A stretch of DNA of 64,000 nt, from positions 3,269,498 through 3,333,497 of the forward strand of contig CAJINV010000008.1 of NCBI GenBank assembly GCA_905178155.1. Direction: 5' to 3'. Shown here in pieces: positions 63,745 to 64,000 of the stretch. Each line of letters opens with the position of its first letter. Within the stretch, counting starts at the first letter, position 1. This stretch comes from Amoebophrya sp. A120 (taxonomy: Eukaryota > Protista > Dinoflagellata). The notes beneath the pieces are model-generated. The model did not search any database, was not told the origin of the DNA, and was given only the letters and a program-made list of their open reading frames with translations. The position numbers and the translations under genes are program-made.

Positions 63745-64000
63745 TGGCCTAACTTGGGCCGCTTCAGACGATCTTCCGCCGGTGGCACGGCCTCGCTTTG
63801 CCGTTTTCGGAAGAGGATTCCTCAGAGGATTCCAAAATCCTCTCAGGAATCCTCTGGCCCAATTTGGGCCGTCTTCCGCGCCCTTCCCCCGATGGCACTG
63901 CCCCGATTTCGGGAGAGGTTTCCACAGAGGATTCCTCAGAGGATTCCTCAGAGGATTCCAAAATCCTCTCAGGAATCCTCTGGCCCAATTTGGGCCGTCT
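63745..64000. repeat. Tandem repeat (~126-bp period) built from GAGGATTCCTC and GGCCCAATTTGGGCC palindromes; continues beyond the window
   Basis: A 62-bp block at 63813-63874 recurs at 63939-64000, with 11-bp subunits (CAGAGGATTCC/T). Confidence 0.8.

Overview
Eukaryotic genomic DNA. Its architecture best matches a parasitic syndinian dinoflagellate such as Amoebophrya; this is inferred from gene structure, not from a database match. Every gene I could reconstruct lies on the minus strand, and most are split by short introns. Many introns are TIR-bounded elements (introners) that begin TAT(C/G), end (G/C)ATA and are flanked by a perfect or degenerate 5-bp duplication. Removing element+5 nt restores the reading frame in every case I traced, usually without GT-AG ends. 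Reconstructed genes: a ~2,600-aa low-complexity protein (4423-13797), a GNAT acetyltransferase (15568-17382), a single-pass membrane protein (~17647-20437), a 9-exon PTPS-III-type 6-pyruvoyltetrahydropterin synthase (21081-25154), a 9-exon small multi-pass membrane protein (26509-30054), an unknown gene (~50.3-53.4 kb), and a multi-exon coiled-coil protein (~55.8 kb to beyond the window end). About 32.8-49.7 kb is a decayed block with a GC-shifted tyrosine-recombinase/RT retroelement remnant, a palindromic repeat array and gene-like debris. The most notable observations: same-family introners sit in opposite orientations in same-strand genes, unrelated introners share a 9-mer, a PIF/Harbinger-type MITE is nested in an introner TIR, and the TE remnant shows a possible AT-to-GC mutation bias. 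All coordinates and joins were traced by eye and need RNA-seq confirmation.
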